A DNA stretch of 63,998 bases, the filler included, from Dirinaria sp. TL-2023a (taxonomy: Eukaryota): the NCBI GenBank assembly GCA_051941275.1. It is 9 parts of 9 records of this genome, joined end to end, with 100 filler letters (N's around TTAATTAATTAA, not from the genome) between each part and the next. Parts side by side here need not be neighbours in the genome. Positions count along the whole stretch, not along the records: positions 50,030 to 57,047 come from JAVEBF010001378.1; positions 57,148 to 63,998 come from JAVEBF010001404.1; 7 more parts are not named here. The stretch is one strand, 5' to 3'. Of this stretch, positions 50,120 to 63,998 are shown one piece after another; position 1 is the first letter of the stretch; every line of letters starts with the position of its first letter. A program made the position numbers and the translations under genes. A model generated the notes under the pieces. That model saw nothing but the letters and a program-made list of their open reading frames with translations, ran no database searches and was not told the origin of the DNA.

Positions 50120-53100
50120 TATTCAAGCTCGGGTTTGTGTGTGGGTGTGAATGACCCTTTTTTTTTCCCCCCTTTGGATTCAGTTCGCAGTTTGATATTG
50201 TTTGTGCTGTAGTTGGGTTTCTCTGACTTTGAATAAGGTACTATAAGTAATCTTTAAACACACGCGGTTGAAGTTGATTTTTTTTTTTTTTCTCGCAATT
50301 CCACCGTTCTCTCCCCGCTCGTAGGGTTTCCTGATTGTCCTACTTTTCTTTAAAAAAAATTTCTCTGGAATTCAGGTATTTATTCACTCACTCATGACCT
50401 TTTTTTTTTTTTCTTTTCTTTTTTTAAAAGGGCGGAAAGGGGGGATTTGATTCAGCTTTGAGCGATAGCGATGAAATACCTTATGTGCATTCTACTCGCT
50501 GCTTTATATGTTTGGAATCAGTTTGCTACCTAACCATCCCTAATATCAACGTTGTCAATTTACGACGACATCTCAGTCCTGGGTGGCTACGATTTCAATA
50601 GATAAGTTTTAGTCTTAGCTCTATCGAGGTCAGGGAGATAAAGTGTGACATAGTCCTGGAAGCGCGGTGTAGGAATGTACACGTATCTTTGAAAAGAGAA
50701 GCTGATTTCCTTTTTTCTTATCTGATCTTCAACTTCATCTTGGAAATCTCTCCGTTGCTTTTGAGAAGGTAGAGTTTGATTGGTAAGGATGGTCTCTTTT
50801 TTTCCTCCCTTTTCTTTTCTCTGTCTTCCTCGACGACATTACTGAGCAATTAGAGAAGACGTATGTACTCGCATCCCAGCCAATCGGATAGGGAAGGTGG
50901 AACTTTGTGCTTTTCATGCAGTTAGGTTCTATATTCTATCGTTACGTATCAATTGGAAACTCGGCTACTATTCACCAAGCGCCGAAGTGTGGATGTTAAC
51001 GACACAGGCTTCTTCCCAGGAATAGGATCGGTCGAAAGCAAGTGTATGATATGCTTGTATATACTGTAATTTTGATGGTCGCTACCTTATATTGGCCGAG
51101 AAGACGCGATTCTTGTATCGAATTGATACGAGAGCTCTCGATAATATTGATTTGTAGTCCAGTGTCCGTCTTTGCGACATCTCAAGAATCATGTGACCTC
51201 AATGATGCTTTTGGAGAATTATCAAGGGCTATTCGGCGTACCCGATGTATGAACTACGCATGACATAATCTGGCCTTTCTAGAGCTGTTACGTCCCACGC
51301 GGAAGAGAAACGTTCCGCACCCGGGGGTACACCCTTAGACTTACCTGATATAAAGTCGAGTAAAGCCGGATATAGGTTTTGCTGTTACAGAATTTATGAT
51401 CTCGATGCAAGCGGGGGTGATCAACGTTAACTATGATGAAAATACGGAGTCTGCTCGGTATCCAGAGCCGAGTACTCTGTATGTCCAGGCATGTGGCGAT
51501 CTAAGCGGCCGCTAGGAAGCATCAAGCGACTCATGCACTACCTAAGGTACTACTGCCCGGGATGAAGAAGATACCTAGAGCTACCTACCCTAGATAGATG
51601 AATTGAGCAAGCGGGCGGGCTTCATTGGACCACAAATAGTGTACGGAGCTGTCTCCGGTCCTCAATCTGTATGCGGCCTATCACAGAATGCTGGATTTAT
51701 TCATAATTGCTTATAGATAGACCTCGAATAAATATGCATATTCAGTAGTGTTTTGAGCAATCAATTGTTCGGCTTGCTCATTTTAAATACTTCTTAAGGG
51801 ATGTTTTACGGTTCGCCATGTATGCGGAGAACTCAATAAGAAGCAGTGTCTAGCCCGCTCAGATAGGACAGACCGGAGAACGACGACGCGAGAAGACGTA
51901 ATGATAGGGCCGAAAACGACCGACTATTTGGTTCTGAGGTCTGGTCGGCGGGCGAGGTCATTAAGCTCTTTTGAGAACCAGGGCAGTCGCTGCCGATAGC
52001 CATCAGTGCACCGATCCGAGCGGGTGCTATTCAATTTTGCAAGGTAAGGGGAAGTAGCTTTACACCTTCTGTGTGTTCCCCGCAATCAAGATAAATCGCC
52101 AGTGACTACCGTTCACGGGCTACCTGTACGGTCGACCGAAAGGTTCCAAAGTGAGGGGAACATTACGCATAGAGCGATGGAGCGGCAATTCAGTGTCTAA
52201 GATTACACTTACCTCATAGCAGCTAGTAATATCTGCTAAGGCGTAGCTTGGCAAGAACGTGGGAACTGGGAAGTACAGTACTTTAGATAGCTGGGTACAC
52301 GTTACGTAGGTACTTTGAATTTTTAGCAGCTGGACGATCGTTCGATATTCTATCATCTTCAATGGCCCACAAATAAGGCAAGTCAACAACGATTCCTTCT
52401 TGTTTCCTGTGGTTGCTCAATTCCTAAAACAGTTGGCGTGTCGGTTATGAGTGTCAACCCCACTCATCCAACGGTTTTCCCAGGGCCACGCGGGCTAAAG
52501 AAGGGGCTAAGGTTTTCTTAGATCGAAAGAAGCAAAAATGGGATTTCTCGGGCCCATGAAATTACTCGATGACGTTACAACAGTGGCGAGCGTTCTCATT
52601 CGTCGGATTCGTGCCCTGCTATGCGGACGTCAGTCCGCGCTTCCCAGGTTAGTACCCTGGGTGCAAAACCGTGCTTTTGTTTCGATGAAGATGGTGGCGC
52701 ATGCATGCTTATCTGAGGTGTTTGATGCACGAATCCGCAGGGAGGCGGAGATGGCTCCCGGGCTGTTCTTGGGGAACTACCTTACACACACGATACCGAT
52801 TGCCGTTTTGGATCCCTTAAACCTTTTCGAGCATCTCTTCTCTCTCCAAGAGAATAATGGTGACCCTTCACAGTGATGAGGTTTTTTTCTATGGAGACTA
52901 CATTAGCCATCCGCAGCTGGCCGTGATCTGAATATATGATGTTCGTTCGAAATTCCAATAATAATGGGCCAGATCAAAAAGGCAGGTCAAGATGCAATAA
53001 TGGTGGATGTTTCGGCTTGTCCTGATTGCCAGGAGCGAGCCCGGTTGCGATTGGAGACCCTGAGACCCTTTTCAAAGGCAGGGACTCGAGGGACTATTTT

Positions 53101-53724
53101 GACTAGCCCATGAGGAGCATGGGATTTGGGTGAAAGAATGCCATGGCTTAGCGAAGGTCGATAAGTTAGTATCGGATGTTGTTCCTTAGGGCTACTGCAT
53201 CATCTCCATCTTCTTGCAGCCGACTCCCACCCCCTATGCAGATTGACTTAGGACCCTCTTCTGTAATTCGTAACGGATATCTTCCGTGCCCCCATGCCCC
53301 CCTACTGACTCTGATACGTCTGATCCGTCTGATCTTTCTACCAGAACCGCGACTTTTCCAGTGGAGATGCCAGTCAGCCAGTGCCACCCTCTCCACACTT
53401 CCCTCTGCATAGTTAAATAGCATTGGACACCACAAGCCTCATTATCTGTTCCGCTCGTAACATAAAATCTCTTGTCCCTCTTGTCGCACGACCGCTTGGG
53501 GCGGCCACCCCTGCGGACACACTATCCACCCATGTTCCAATAACGACGTCGCGTGGGGTCGCTGTGGTCGCTGTGCAGACACATGAGAAGTCAGCAAGTA
53601 CGCTGGATCGAACTGAAGGCTCTACATTGAAGGTGTCGTTGAGCGATTCGAAAGGCATTTGGTGTGCGTTACCTGCGACAAGGAGTCATCAATTGTCGGG
53701 CACTCCGGTCTTAGTATCCGCAGC

Positions 53725-54939
53725 ATGAGCATCGCGACAATGTTTGGTGAAGACTCGGCAGGTCGAAGAGTGTCGTTGCTCAACGACCTGCCATTCATCA
53801 AAGAGCTACCTCACTTACATCAACAACCATCATCTTCTCACAACCATCTTCCCTCAACATCATCACCTGCTGTACCCAAGGCGCATCGCTACTATAGTAT
53901 TCGCACGTCGCAACCAAGCAGGTCAGATTCTTCGTCTCCCGAGAATTTGCCAAGCACGCCACCACTAGTCCGCCTGAACTCGATCTCTTCCTCCGGCACT
54001 CAATCCACCCCATCACCAATGACGCCAACCTATCCTTTCGACCCCTTGGAGCAGACGAAAACTGGCCCTCCGTACTACACCAACAGTTTCCAACCTAATG
54101 GATCAGGCTATCCCGCCCCGCAGGCCCAGGACCCGTCGGGTCCGCCTTACTTCCACCTGCAGAACCCTCCCATGTCCCCGGGAATGGAAGAGGCCCTCAA
54201 CAACTTGAACCCTCTACAACCAATCCAGCCTCAAGCGCAGTTCGCCAATACCACCGATCCTTCACTCACGCTGTCATCATCAGCCCCCATCGTGCCCCCT
54301 GCCGTCGCTGCACCACCTCCGTCGAAGCCGTCAACAACGACAAGTAAGCCGACTCCGAATACCTCAGCTCCAACCCCACCGAACTCCAAGACGATCAAAA
54401 AGAAATATCCGTGCCCTCATGCTACGCGCTTCAACTGCCACGACACCTTCACCACCTCCGGCCACGCCGCGCGTCACGGCAAGAAACACACTGGCGAGAA
54501 GAACATCCATTGCCCAACGTGCAACAAAGCCTTTACTCGGAAAGACAATATGAAGCAACACGAGCGTACACACAAATCATCGAAAGGAGGAGCAGGAGCA
54601 GCAGCAGCAGCAGACCTTCCCAGTCCTACCACCCCCACGACGTCAGCCAGCAAACCCTTATCCGCTTCCGGTCATCCACGAAAGCCTCCGACAAGTGCAT
54701 CGAATTCGGACGAGCCTGGCCGACACATCAACGATGCTCCGATGGAATTTGACGGGGACAGCAGCAAGCTGCAGCTTTCGAACCCGCCGGTGCTGCCGGA
54801 CTTGATGCAAGATGTGAGGTCGACGCCGAACGGGAGGATACCGAGTATCAGCGGGAGGAGCGAGGTAGATGGGGAAGGCGACAGCCCGGGTCTTGATGCT
54901 TTGGCTGTCGCAAGTGCCATCGCAAGCGACGCAAGGTGA
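53725..54939 (+). CDS. C2H2 zinc-finger transcription factor, Nrg1-like
   Basis: CPHATRFNCHDTFTTSGHAARHGKKHTGEK and CPTCNKAFTRKDNMKQHERTH fingers; Pro/Ser-rich N-terminus; C-terminal GLDALA motif. Confidence 0.88.
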   Translation: MSIATMFGEDSAGRRVSLLNDLPFIKELPHLHQQPSSSHNHLPSTSSPAVPKAHRYYSIRTSQPSRSDSSSPENLPSTPPLVRLNSISSSGTQSTPSPMTPTYPFDPLEQTKTGPPYYTNSFQPNGSGYPAPQAQDPSGPPYFHLQNPPMSPGMEEALNNLNPLQPIQPQAQFANTTDPSLTLSSSAPIVPPAVAAPPPSKPSTTTSKPTPNTSAPTPPNSKTIKKKYPCPHATRFNCHDTFTTSGHAARHGKKHTGEKNIHCPTCNKAFTRKDNMKQHERTHKSSKGGAGAAAAADLPSPTTPTTSASKPLSASGHPRKPPTSASNSDEPGRHINDAPMEFDGDSSKLQLSNPPVLPDLMQDVRSTPNGRIPSISGRSEVDGEGDSPGLDALAVASAIASDAR

Positions 54940-56596
54940 TACCCTTCTTGGCGACACATTAGATGATGGTTGCTCTTGTCCGGGATACACACCTCTGGAG
55001 GAGTGTTTCACCAAATTTTCGGCTTCTGGGATCTGTTTCGGCATGCTTCTGTTTTTTTCATTTCTGATTTTTTGCAGCGAGGTGGAATCGCTCCGGCAGT
55101 ATAAGCGAAGATTATCAGGTTGGTGGGGGGCTTATGTGTCTTGATGTTAGACTACTGTGTAGGCGCCATTTTTGGTAGGCACCTTGCGAAAACTACAGTA
55201 TTCTCCGTGCAAAATCCATCGGATACCAAAAAAAAAAAAAAAAGAGTTGTATGATTGTGTGATAAAATCGTAGCATTTCGAATTCCACAGCATGCTTTGA
55301 TATCCTCTCCACTCTTATGTCTATCACAAGGCGTTCCACTGCTTTATTCCAAAGTAGCAAAAACACACCTCTTCTCACCTGAGTCGGTCGCTTTATGTAG
55401 CGAAAATACTTTGTCACACAGTACGAGTACCTCCCATATCCGCATATAGCAGAAAGAGAACCCTAGACTACATGGCCTTACGACACCTCACATCGAGAAC
55501 AGTGAGCATCACACTTTACCATATCCCCCTTCACCAGTAATACCAATCACCGGAACGGTACCCTCCTCTACAATTCCCCAGCTCCCCACCATAATTCTCC
55601 CATACAGAAGAAACTATATCAGCAGCTAAGCTATATCATCCACTCAAAGCTAGCTCTGAAAACAAACGCCGGATATCTTCTCCTCTATTCCCAAAACCCG
55701 AATTCCTTCCCTCTGCGTTCTTTACATTGCTGCGAACAAATCGTTTGCTACTTCGTATACGACAAGTTATGGTCGCCTACCAATCTAAAGCTGGAGGGTA
55801 TCTGAGATAGAGGGTGAAAATTTTTTGGTGCTTGATGACTCTTCTTGAGCGTGTGGGAAGGGAGGTTTGATACTGTTGTCATACTTATCATGCCGGTTTG
55901 AATCGTAGAAAATCAAGAGTTCAGAATGAGATCTAGGAACTGTAAGGGTTGATTGATGCCATGGCAGTTTTGACTTTATAATTTTGATATGCGGGAAATG
56001 GCGTTCTTCTGTTCGAATCTTGCGATCCGTGTCGGCTTTTTGGGGAAAGTTAGGATAATTGGCACTGCCGGGCGTTGTGGTAGGTTCCTAACTTCTCTAT
56101 ACAAAGTGTTGCTGTCTTTCTCGAAGTAAAATTATGTACTACCCGTGTCACCCAGAAAGATGTGTACTTTACAATATAGAGAAGCATATCAAAAGGGCGG
56201 GTTGCTTAAGGGCTGGCTAGCGCGAAAAGCGCCAAGACTTAGCTGACGGTGCTCCTACAGGTTGCTTTCGGGTGAGCTAAATACCCCCCAGGTAGTAAAA
56301 TGTACGTCTAAGTGGTGGTGATAGGGGACCCCCCAGGCGACCTTCAGTTAGCCACATTTATGGCGTTGATCGCACTTATGTCGGCCAATAACCCTATCAC
56401 TTGTCTCTCGCCGATGCCAGCGTTGTCAGCCGCGTATGTTGCTGCAGCTGATGATCAGCTAGGCGATGCACTTCTTTGAAATTGGAATGAGCACCTCGAT
56501 CGAAGTCTTTTAAAGCCAAAACAGCAGTAATAGCTTTCAAGAATTGCTCATTTATAGAAGTGAACAACACCATTGAACTAGTATACATAGGCCATC

Positions 56597-57047
56597 ATGG
56601 CAGATATCACCGTGATTAGTGTCGCAATTTCTACAGCAGCTAGCGTAACAAAGACCCTCGTCGGTCTTAATTATGCATCCTTGTTAAGGAACTACGGCCC
56701 TTTGGTTGCTTTGTTCGTCTCTGCCCTCCTCCCCGACACAGCCAAATACTATAACCGAGTCCAGAGAATTATACTTAATGGCAGTGAGGAAGACACTGCG
56801 GCATTCAGGCAATCCGTGACAGATGAGTGTAACATGACCGCAGTTGCGGTGCGTCAATCTCTGCCTATAGAACTGCGATGCTAAGATTCTTATGGAGCTT
56901 CCAGGGCGCTATTATCGCACAAGTTGCCATAACTGGTTTGTCGTTACCAAGTCTGAGTTCTACCCACTGGGTGGCTCGCGCATGCCTTCTCTTCGCTGTC
57001 GCTTCTGGGTGCCTTACCGTCTACTATTGTTGCGTCCTGCAAAGGAT
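56597..57047 (+). CDS. Membrane protein of unknown function, truncated by contig end
   Basis: Exon 56597-56848, intron GTGCGT...CTAAG...CAG, then GAIIAQVAITGLSLPSL..THWVARA hydrophobic segments. Confidence 0.65.
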
Positions 57048-58911
57048 NNNNNNNNNNNNNNNNNNNNNNNNNNNNNNNNNNNNNNNNNNNNTTAATTAAT
57101 TAANNNNNNNNNNNNNNNNNNNNNNNNNNNNNNNNNNNNNNNNNNNNCACACTCTCAGAGTCGCACCTGTCCTCAGACTTACATGGTCCACCGTTCGATA
57201 CTTCTTTTGTGAAGAGCATGCACTGCCTCAACATTTGATAGGACTTCAAGATAAGTATGACATAAACAACAGAGATCTAAAAAAAGTAGTTGACTTCAAG
57301 AACCGAGGATCATGTAGAACCCCCAACACATCCTATCAACAGAAAACGTAATTGCAAGGCAATGGAGGCAAGAAACTCCCGCTTCGACCACTTCACTTCA
57401 CGAACAAATCGATTAATCTTAATTAACAGCTTGCAGACCCTTGAGTTAGGCTTCATACCCTATCGGACAAAATAAACGAACATATACAGCAATAATCACC
57501 CACCAACTAAGGGGCCCCCTTTTGGTGCAACCTGAAATTTTGCTGTCTGACATACTCCTTCTCCACAGACTCACCGCAACGTGCCACGATCCAATATTTA
57601 CCTCCTCCTTCCTCCTCCTAGACTCGGATCACAGCGTGAAATCGAAACTCAGGATCCAGTAAAGCGGTTCAGAGAAGAATTGAAGAAACATCAAGGTGTA
57701 AGATCCTAAAGGACAACTGTGAACGTAAACCGGAATAGATCAAGAAATGGACTTTTGTTTCTTTTTATGGAACATATGAGCCTACTTATATGATGGGCAG
57801 AGGCCATCGTGAAAACTTTGATATCAGTCAGCTATGTTTCAGCGTTCTTTATGAGATATATATAGTAGTAAAAAAGCAGTCTGTCTGTCTAAATGGAATC
57901 GACCTTAGGTTGGCAGAACCAAGCGCAGCTTTTTTCTTATTACTTCGGCATCTTTGCTGTGCATGATTAAGGTAGACGTATCTGCGGTCATATCGCTCTT
58001 GCTTGATAGCTTAGTACTCGGCTAGTTGACTATTTGAGCGTGATGGCCAGGTACTACGACTTGGCTTGCAGACTTTGTAGTGTTGGAGTAGAGCACGTCT
58101 AATAACGAGAATGTGTCATAGTTCAAAGAGCGCGTGAAGAGTCGTGTATATCCACATACATGTAGGTATGATTGAGGAGTGGATTTTGTGCTATGACTCT
58201 TACGGGCGAGTCGGATAGGTCATCCTGCTTTGAGTAATGGCATGTCTTGAGGGTCCTACTGTTGTCACACTACCCGAATCAGTATTCATTTTCTTTTGGT
58301 ATTGCATCTAATCCCTTTAATGCCTCTGCCTCGAAATAAAGTATATCCCCAATTCCCTGCATTGACAGGGTGCGGATTTTAAAGCAAAGACGGTTTGACG
58401 AAGTAGAGATGGGCTGATTCGCCGTAAAAGTGCCACCATCGAATAGATTAAACGTTAAATTTTAAAGACAGTTAATGGAGAAATTTGAGAGGCATTGATA
58501 GATGAAAACAAGTAGTGGGGAGATGTTCGCGGCAGCAACGTGAAGGTGGTTTGCTAGCAGTGGACCCTATCTTGAAGCTGAGTTTGATTTTATAAGTACT
58601 GCTGAAACTTCTTGTACCCTCTGGCTAATGCAGTGTTTATCACTTGTAGTGATTGAGATGTCGTTAGCCTCCTCCGGCTGTCAATGGGCTTTGTAATACA
58701 TGCTAGCAGCCGTTCAATGTGCTTTACGCCCAAAGTACCAGCATTTTCAATAATACAACTCTACTCGGATGTAAAATCTGTCAGAGTCGAAGCTCTCCGC
58801 TCTGCCATGATCTGCGTCAGAGAAAGACAGAGTCTGTTAAGAAGTTCACCATTGAGTCTGACTGGTGCTGGATTTTACTTTCCTTGGTTTATCACATCTT
58901 AATCGTTAATA

Positions 58912-60043
58912 CTATGAAGCTACTTTTGGTGAATACTTGGTTGCAGCTTGGTCGAATTGGTCACTCTTCTCTTCGATGTCCGTCAGTAGCACATGGCGAG
59001 GCGCTGTAGACTTGAGTGATCTGAAAGTATTAGCACCTAGCAGCAGAAGAATATTGTTGATCTATGACCTACCTTAACAGCGCTGAAGTATCCTTACCCG
59101 ACAATACATTGAGCACAATCGAATTGGCGATCGCCTCCGTGTGTTTTGGATCCTTTTCGATGGCTTGCTGAAGGGCTGCTTCGGCCTCGGGCAGGCGGCC
59201 GAGATGGAGCTCCGACACAGCTTGGCCAATGAGGCTTTTCGCTGCAGATGTCGAGGGAGTTTGCGCCATTTCTTCAAATACGTAAAACGCTTGTTGGTAC
59301 TTTTCTCCGCCCTAAGATGCACATACATCAGCCAAGCAAATTATGTCGACCTATCGGCGCAGTGAAGATGTAATTGCCATACCACTCGCAAGCCCACCCA
59401 AGACTCGGCAATGTTTACCAGAAGGCTATCTTGGGCCCACTTTCTGGCTCCGGTGGCCTCCTTCAGAGCGAGATCTGTACGGTTTTGCTGGAGGTGGATC
59501 TGTACAATCAAGGCTATACTAAAATGCAGGCGAGTCAGTTTAGATATATTTTTAATCGCTACCTTTAATTGTCGTAGGGCTCTACGCACGCTTCTAGGTT
59601 CCCCTGATGCTTACTCAAGAGGCCAAGTGCATCATCCGTCCGGCCGATTGCCTGCAGTACTGTGGCACCCAGGATCTGCACGACTGCATTCTCTGATGAA
59701 TCTTCGACCAGTCTGTCTACTTCCTGCTGAGCTTCGTCCACATTGCCGAGAGAGTAGTGCGCGAATGCTTTGATTGCGGAAAACTCTGGTTGGTTGGCGT
59801 CTTTCCCAACATGATCCAACACAGCTTTGGCTTGACCATTTGCAATCTGGGCTCTGTACTTCAGAACTTGGGCGGGAACGGCGTTCTGGGAGGATAGAGA
59901 CGTGGTATCGAAGTCAATGGTTTCTTGAAATTGGCCTTGATGAAAGGCGTTGTGAATGTTCAGTAGCTCTAGAAAGCTGTCAGCGATTGCTGGCGTGTGC
60001 AGAATCGTATTGAAATACCTCCTTCTGCTGAGAATGGATCCAT
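58912..60043 (-). CDS. SEC28: Coatomer subunit epsilon (COPI), multi-exon
   Basis: MDPFSAEG/ELLNIHNAFHQGQFQ start; WAQDSLLVNIAESW; YQQAFYVFEEMAQ; TPR-like ELHLGRLPEAEAAL; GT-AG introns. Confidence 0.9.
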
Positions 60044-60562
60044 TGCGATCGAAAGACAATTTAATCGTGTCCAATTCAGCCAGATTTCGTCGTGTTGTTG
60101 ATGACACGCCTCGACGCTATTTGAGCTGGATATGCCGAAGTATCGCCGGGCGTGGGGTCCGCCGGTGGTGCCGCGGTCTGGTACGCAATTGGTGGATGGC
60201 GAACTTAGAGGATTGGGTCGAGGGTTTCGCCCCTCATGAGGACAAATGGTCTACAGCTTCTAGATCTACCACAGGAAGCCTTGTCTATTCCCAATCGTTC
60301 ATTGAGGGACCAAGGTATCTTGATTGACATGTGAGCCAGGTGTCCTAATGGCATATCGCTGGGTACGAATCCAAGTGCAAGTTCCCGCTGATTGTTTGCC
60401 CCGCAGTGTTCACGACTTAATGAGCCGGACAATTGCCAGTCCCAAGGTCAATTGACCGAGTGCTGCGACCCTTCCGCCTATCTCATCATCGAAAACCTGC
60501 CACGGCAGCTGAAAACCCCTCCTGCCTGATTGAACAGCAAAGACTATATCCCGTCGTTCACC

Positions 60563-63500
60563 ATGGTTCGAATTGCCTTACCCAACCGTTTGAAGAACTC
60601 CAATGGCAAATTTGATGAGCCCCATCAAGACACCAGTCGAAGCTCGAGCCCCATGCGGTCTGCTACGGATGGGAAAAGCTTAGTTCTGAGAACAAATGTC
60701 TTGAGGGTGAGGTTGCGAGCATGGTCCTAGCACAATGAAACAGATGGCTAATGTCTTTGTCGAACGACACAGGCGCGGAATCTCGCAGCCAAAGACAAAG
60801 GTGGAACCAGCGATCCAGTACGATTTATCTTTTATAATCTATGGCTCATTTCTAACCAGTGTCGATGTAGTTTCTTGTCGTTACATTGGGCGAGGCAGGA
60901 CAGTCGACGCCCACGATCAGCAAAAATTTGAACCCCGAATGGAACGTCTCATTCGATCTTCCCATCATCGGACTACAGAGTCTACTTCTAGAGGCTATCT
61001 GCTGGGACAAGGACCGGTTCGGTAAAGACTACCTAGGAGAATTTGCGTTGCCTCTTGATGAAATATTTGCGGACGGAAGGACCACGCAAGAGGTAAGCCA
61101 CAGCCTTTACGCCAAGCATATGACGCTAATTGCACTAGCCGAAATGGTATAAATTGAAGTCTCGACGTAGAGGGGCGGGAAAAAAGGATGGGGAGGTGTC
61201 TGGAGAAGTTCAACTACAATTCACTCTTGCCGATCCAGCAAACCCGACATCGCCCGACGTACTCCAAAGACTACATTCGATGATCAACATCACCTCGGAG
61301 GAAGAAGATGACGACGAGGATGAAGAGATATCGAGGCTCGATAGCCAAGACCTTGAAGAGGATGATGACGACGATGCCGATCCGGATCCTGATACGTCTG
61401 ATGAGACGGATGATCCTACAAAGCCTGGCAAGGCAGAGAAGAAGAGAAAGAGGAAACTTAAGCTCGCTAAGCTGAAGAGAAAGACAAAAGCTAGGGCGTA
61501 TGAGTTTTCTGGAGGGAGCGATGTGGTTGGAATGATATTTCTGGAGGTATCTAAGGTTCTGGATCTTCCCCCCGAGCGGAACAGTAAGAACCACCATTCG
61601 TATCGATCAGTGGCTCAAATCCTTGTGTTGACTTAATGTACTAGTCACGAGAACATCTTTTGATATGGACCCTTTTGTGGTCACTTCACTTGGGCGCAAG
61701 ACATACAGGACCAGAGTCATCCGTCACAATCTGAATCCAGTATTCGATGAGAAGATGGTCTTCCAAGTCCTCCGACATGAGCAAAATTACACGTTGCACT
61801 TTTCGATTGTCGATAGGGACAAACTGTCCGGTAACGATTTTGTGGGTACCACGAGCCTACCATTGTCAACAGTGGCAGATGCGGCGCCAGACGCCGACCC
61901 TGAAACAGGCTTGTACCGGCTGCCAGACCCTCCAGAGGCAATGGCTTTACCACTGGCCAGCAAATCGAGATTCAAACTCCCGCTATCGCGATCATCGTCC
62001 GCTACGAGCCTCAACAAGCTATCAAGGCCAAACCTTAACTCGAAGAACTCTCAAATGTCTGTTACCGGCAACGTACAGTCAGACGTCACTCAAGCGTCAA
62101 CGCATGCCCCTCCTGACCCGAACCATTTAACACCAAGTAGAAGTGATCTGAGTCAGGATCTGCAGGACGAAAATTGTACGCATGGCGATGATCCTGACTT
62201 GAAAGCTTATACATTACCTTTGACGTTGAAGAACAAGGATCGCTGGGAAGCTAAGCATAATCCTCAGCTCTTCATAAAGGCGAAGTATTTACCATATCCG
62301 GCGCTCCGACAGCAATTTTGGCGGGCTATGCTCAAGCAATACGATTCAGACGACAACGCTTGGCTCAGTAAAGTTGAAATGACTACAATGTTGGACACAC
62401 TTGGCTCCACGCTCAAGGAATCCACTATTGATAGCTTCTTCGAGAGATTTGCAAAAGAGAACGGGTACGATGAATCCGGGATACTACATCTCACATTTGA
62501 TCAGGCAGTCATCTGTTTAGAAGATCAGTTGCAGCAGACAAACCAGAAGAAGTCCTGGGGAGACACTGTCAAGGGTTACATGTCCCATGCTCATTTCTCA
62601 ACTGTCAGCAATAGTGAGAAGCCCAGTAAGTCACCGAGTATACCGCCAATGGAAGGTGATTCAAAACTCCCACTCAACCATAGGGAAGACCGCTCAGCTG
62701 TGCCAGCAATCTCTCAGGACAATCTTGGTACGCCTGGCGAGGCTGGAGATCCCTTGGAGCGTGATGACCTTGTTGATGAACGCGGCGAAGAACATGTGGT
62801 CGAGATCAGAGAGTGTCCGCTATGTCATCAACCTCGACTCAATAAGAAGACTGACGCGGATATCATTACGCATATTGCAACCTGTGCGAGTCAAGACTGG
62901 CGACAAATTAATAGTCTTGTAATGGCAGGCTTCGTGACCTCCAGCCAAGCGCAACGGAAGTGGTACTCCAAAGTTATCACGAAGATTTCCTATGGCGGCT
63001 ACAAATTAGGCGCAAATTCAGCGAACATCCTGGTCCAGGACAGAACAACCGGGCAGATCAATGAAGAAAGGATGAGCGTCTATGTAAGGATCGGAATACG
63101 CCTTCTCTACAAGGGCTTGAAGAGCAGGGAAATGGAGAAAAAACGAAGTATGTAATTTGGCAGCAGACTTCCCAGAACCATACTGACGGAGATTATAGTC
63201 CGCAAACTTCTTCGTTCTCTGAGCTTCAAGCAAGGAAGGAAATACGACGACCCAGCATCTGCGAGGGAAATCCAAGGCTTCATCAACTTCCACCAACTGG
63301 ACATGTCCGAAGTCCTGAAAGACGTTGACCAATTCAAGAACTTCAATGAGTTCTTCTACCGAGAGCTCAAGCCTGGCGCAAGACCTCCTTCCGCACCCAA
63401 GAACCCCAAAATCATAGTATCCCCAGCCGACTGTCGATCAGTGGTGTTCAACTCCATCGACGAAGCAACTAAAATATGGGTCAAGGGCCGCGACTTCTCG

Positions 63501-63950
63501 ATCGCCAGACTGCTCGGGAACGCCTACCCCGACGACGCGAAGCGCTACATCAACGGCTCGCTGGGCATCTTCCGGCTAGCACCGCAAGACTATCACCGCT
63601 TCCACATCCCCGTGGACGGGGTGCTCGATAAACCGAAACTCATAGAAGGCGAATACTACACCGTCAACCCGATGGCCATCCGCTCCGCGCTCGACGTCTA
63701 CAGCGAAAATATACGGTACATCGTGCCGATCGACTCCGTCGCGCACGGGCGCGTCATGGTCATCTGCGTCGGCGCAATGATGGTCGGCAGCACGGTGATC
63801 ACACGCAAACCAGGGGAGCACGTAGGCCGGGCCGAAGAGCTGGGCTATTTCCAATTCGGAGGCAGCACTCTGATCCTACTCTTCGAGCCGGGCGTGATGA
63901 CATTCGATGATGATATCGTGGATAATTCGAACGGCGCTGTCGAGACGCTG
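60563..63950 (+). CDS. PSD2: Phosphatidylserine decarboxylase 2 (C2 domains, EF-hand-like segment, PSD domain); 3' end beyond window
   Basis: C2 motifs (AKDKGGTSDP, WDKDRFGKDYLGEF, FDMDPFVV); FNEFFYRELK, SPADCR, RLAPQDYHRFH and FGGST autocleavage motif. Confidence 0.95.
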
Positions 63951-63998
63951 GTATATCTCCCCTCCTCCCCTACCCCGGCTTCCCTTTTTTTTTTTGTT

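Noticed and set aside
21560..63854. Numerous 60-200 aa ORFs overlapping or antisense to called genes
   Set aside because: Explained as shadow frames of GC-rich coding sequence

Overview
Eukaryotic DNA from a filamentous ascomycete (Pezizomycotina; intron style and gene content would fit a lichen-forming lineage, but this is inference). The window is not contiguous. It is nine ~7 kb contigs joined by artificial 100-nt spacers (N44-TTAATTAATTAA-N44), with complete-contig lengths decreasing monotonically (7065, 7051, 7047, 7043, 7029, 7019, 7018), so neighbours across gaps are unrelated. Recognisable genes include a GH16 glucanase, SSK1, a Whi3/Scw1-type RRM protein, ATG11, a Sso syntaxin, an Rrn9-domain protein, an OGFr-domain protein, a DJ-1/PfpI protein, an F-box-like protein, an Nrg1-like C2H2 factor, coatomer epsilon and PSD2, plus several secreted or unknown proteins. 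The most striking unexplained structure is a set of putative RNA polymerase III small structured RNA genes that are not tRNAs. Four homologous ~105-110 nt copies lie on one gene-poor contig (7176+, 12488-, 12780-, 13140-), and a different ~93 nt RNA lies at 21036-21128 (-). They share one architecture: TATA near -30, a 5'/3' closing stem, an oligo-T terminator, then an external B box and a second T-run downstream of the terminator.
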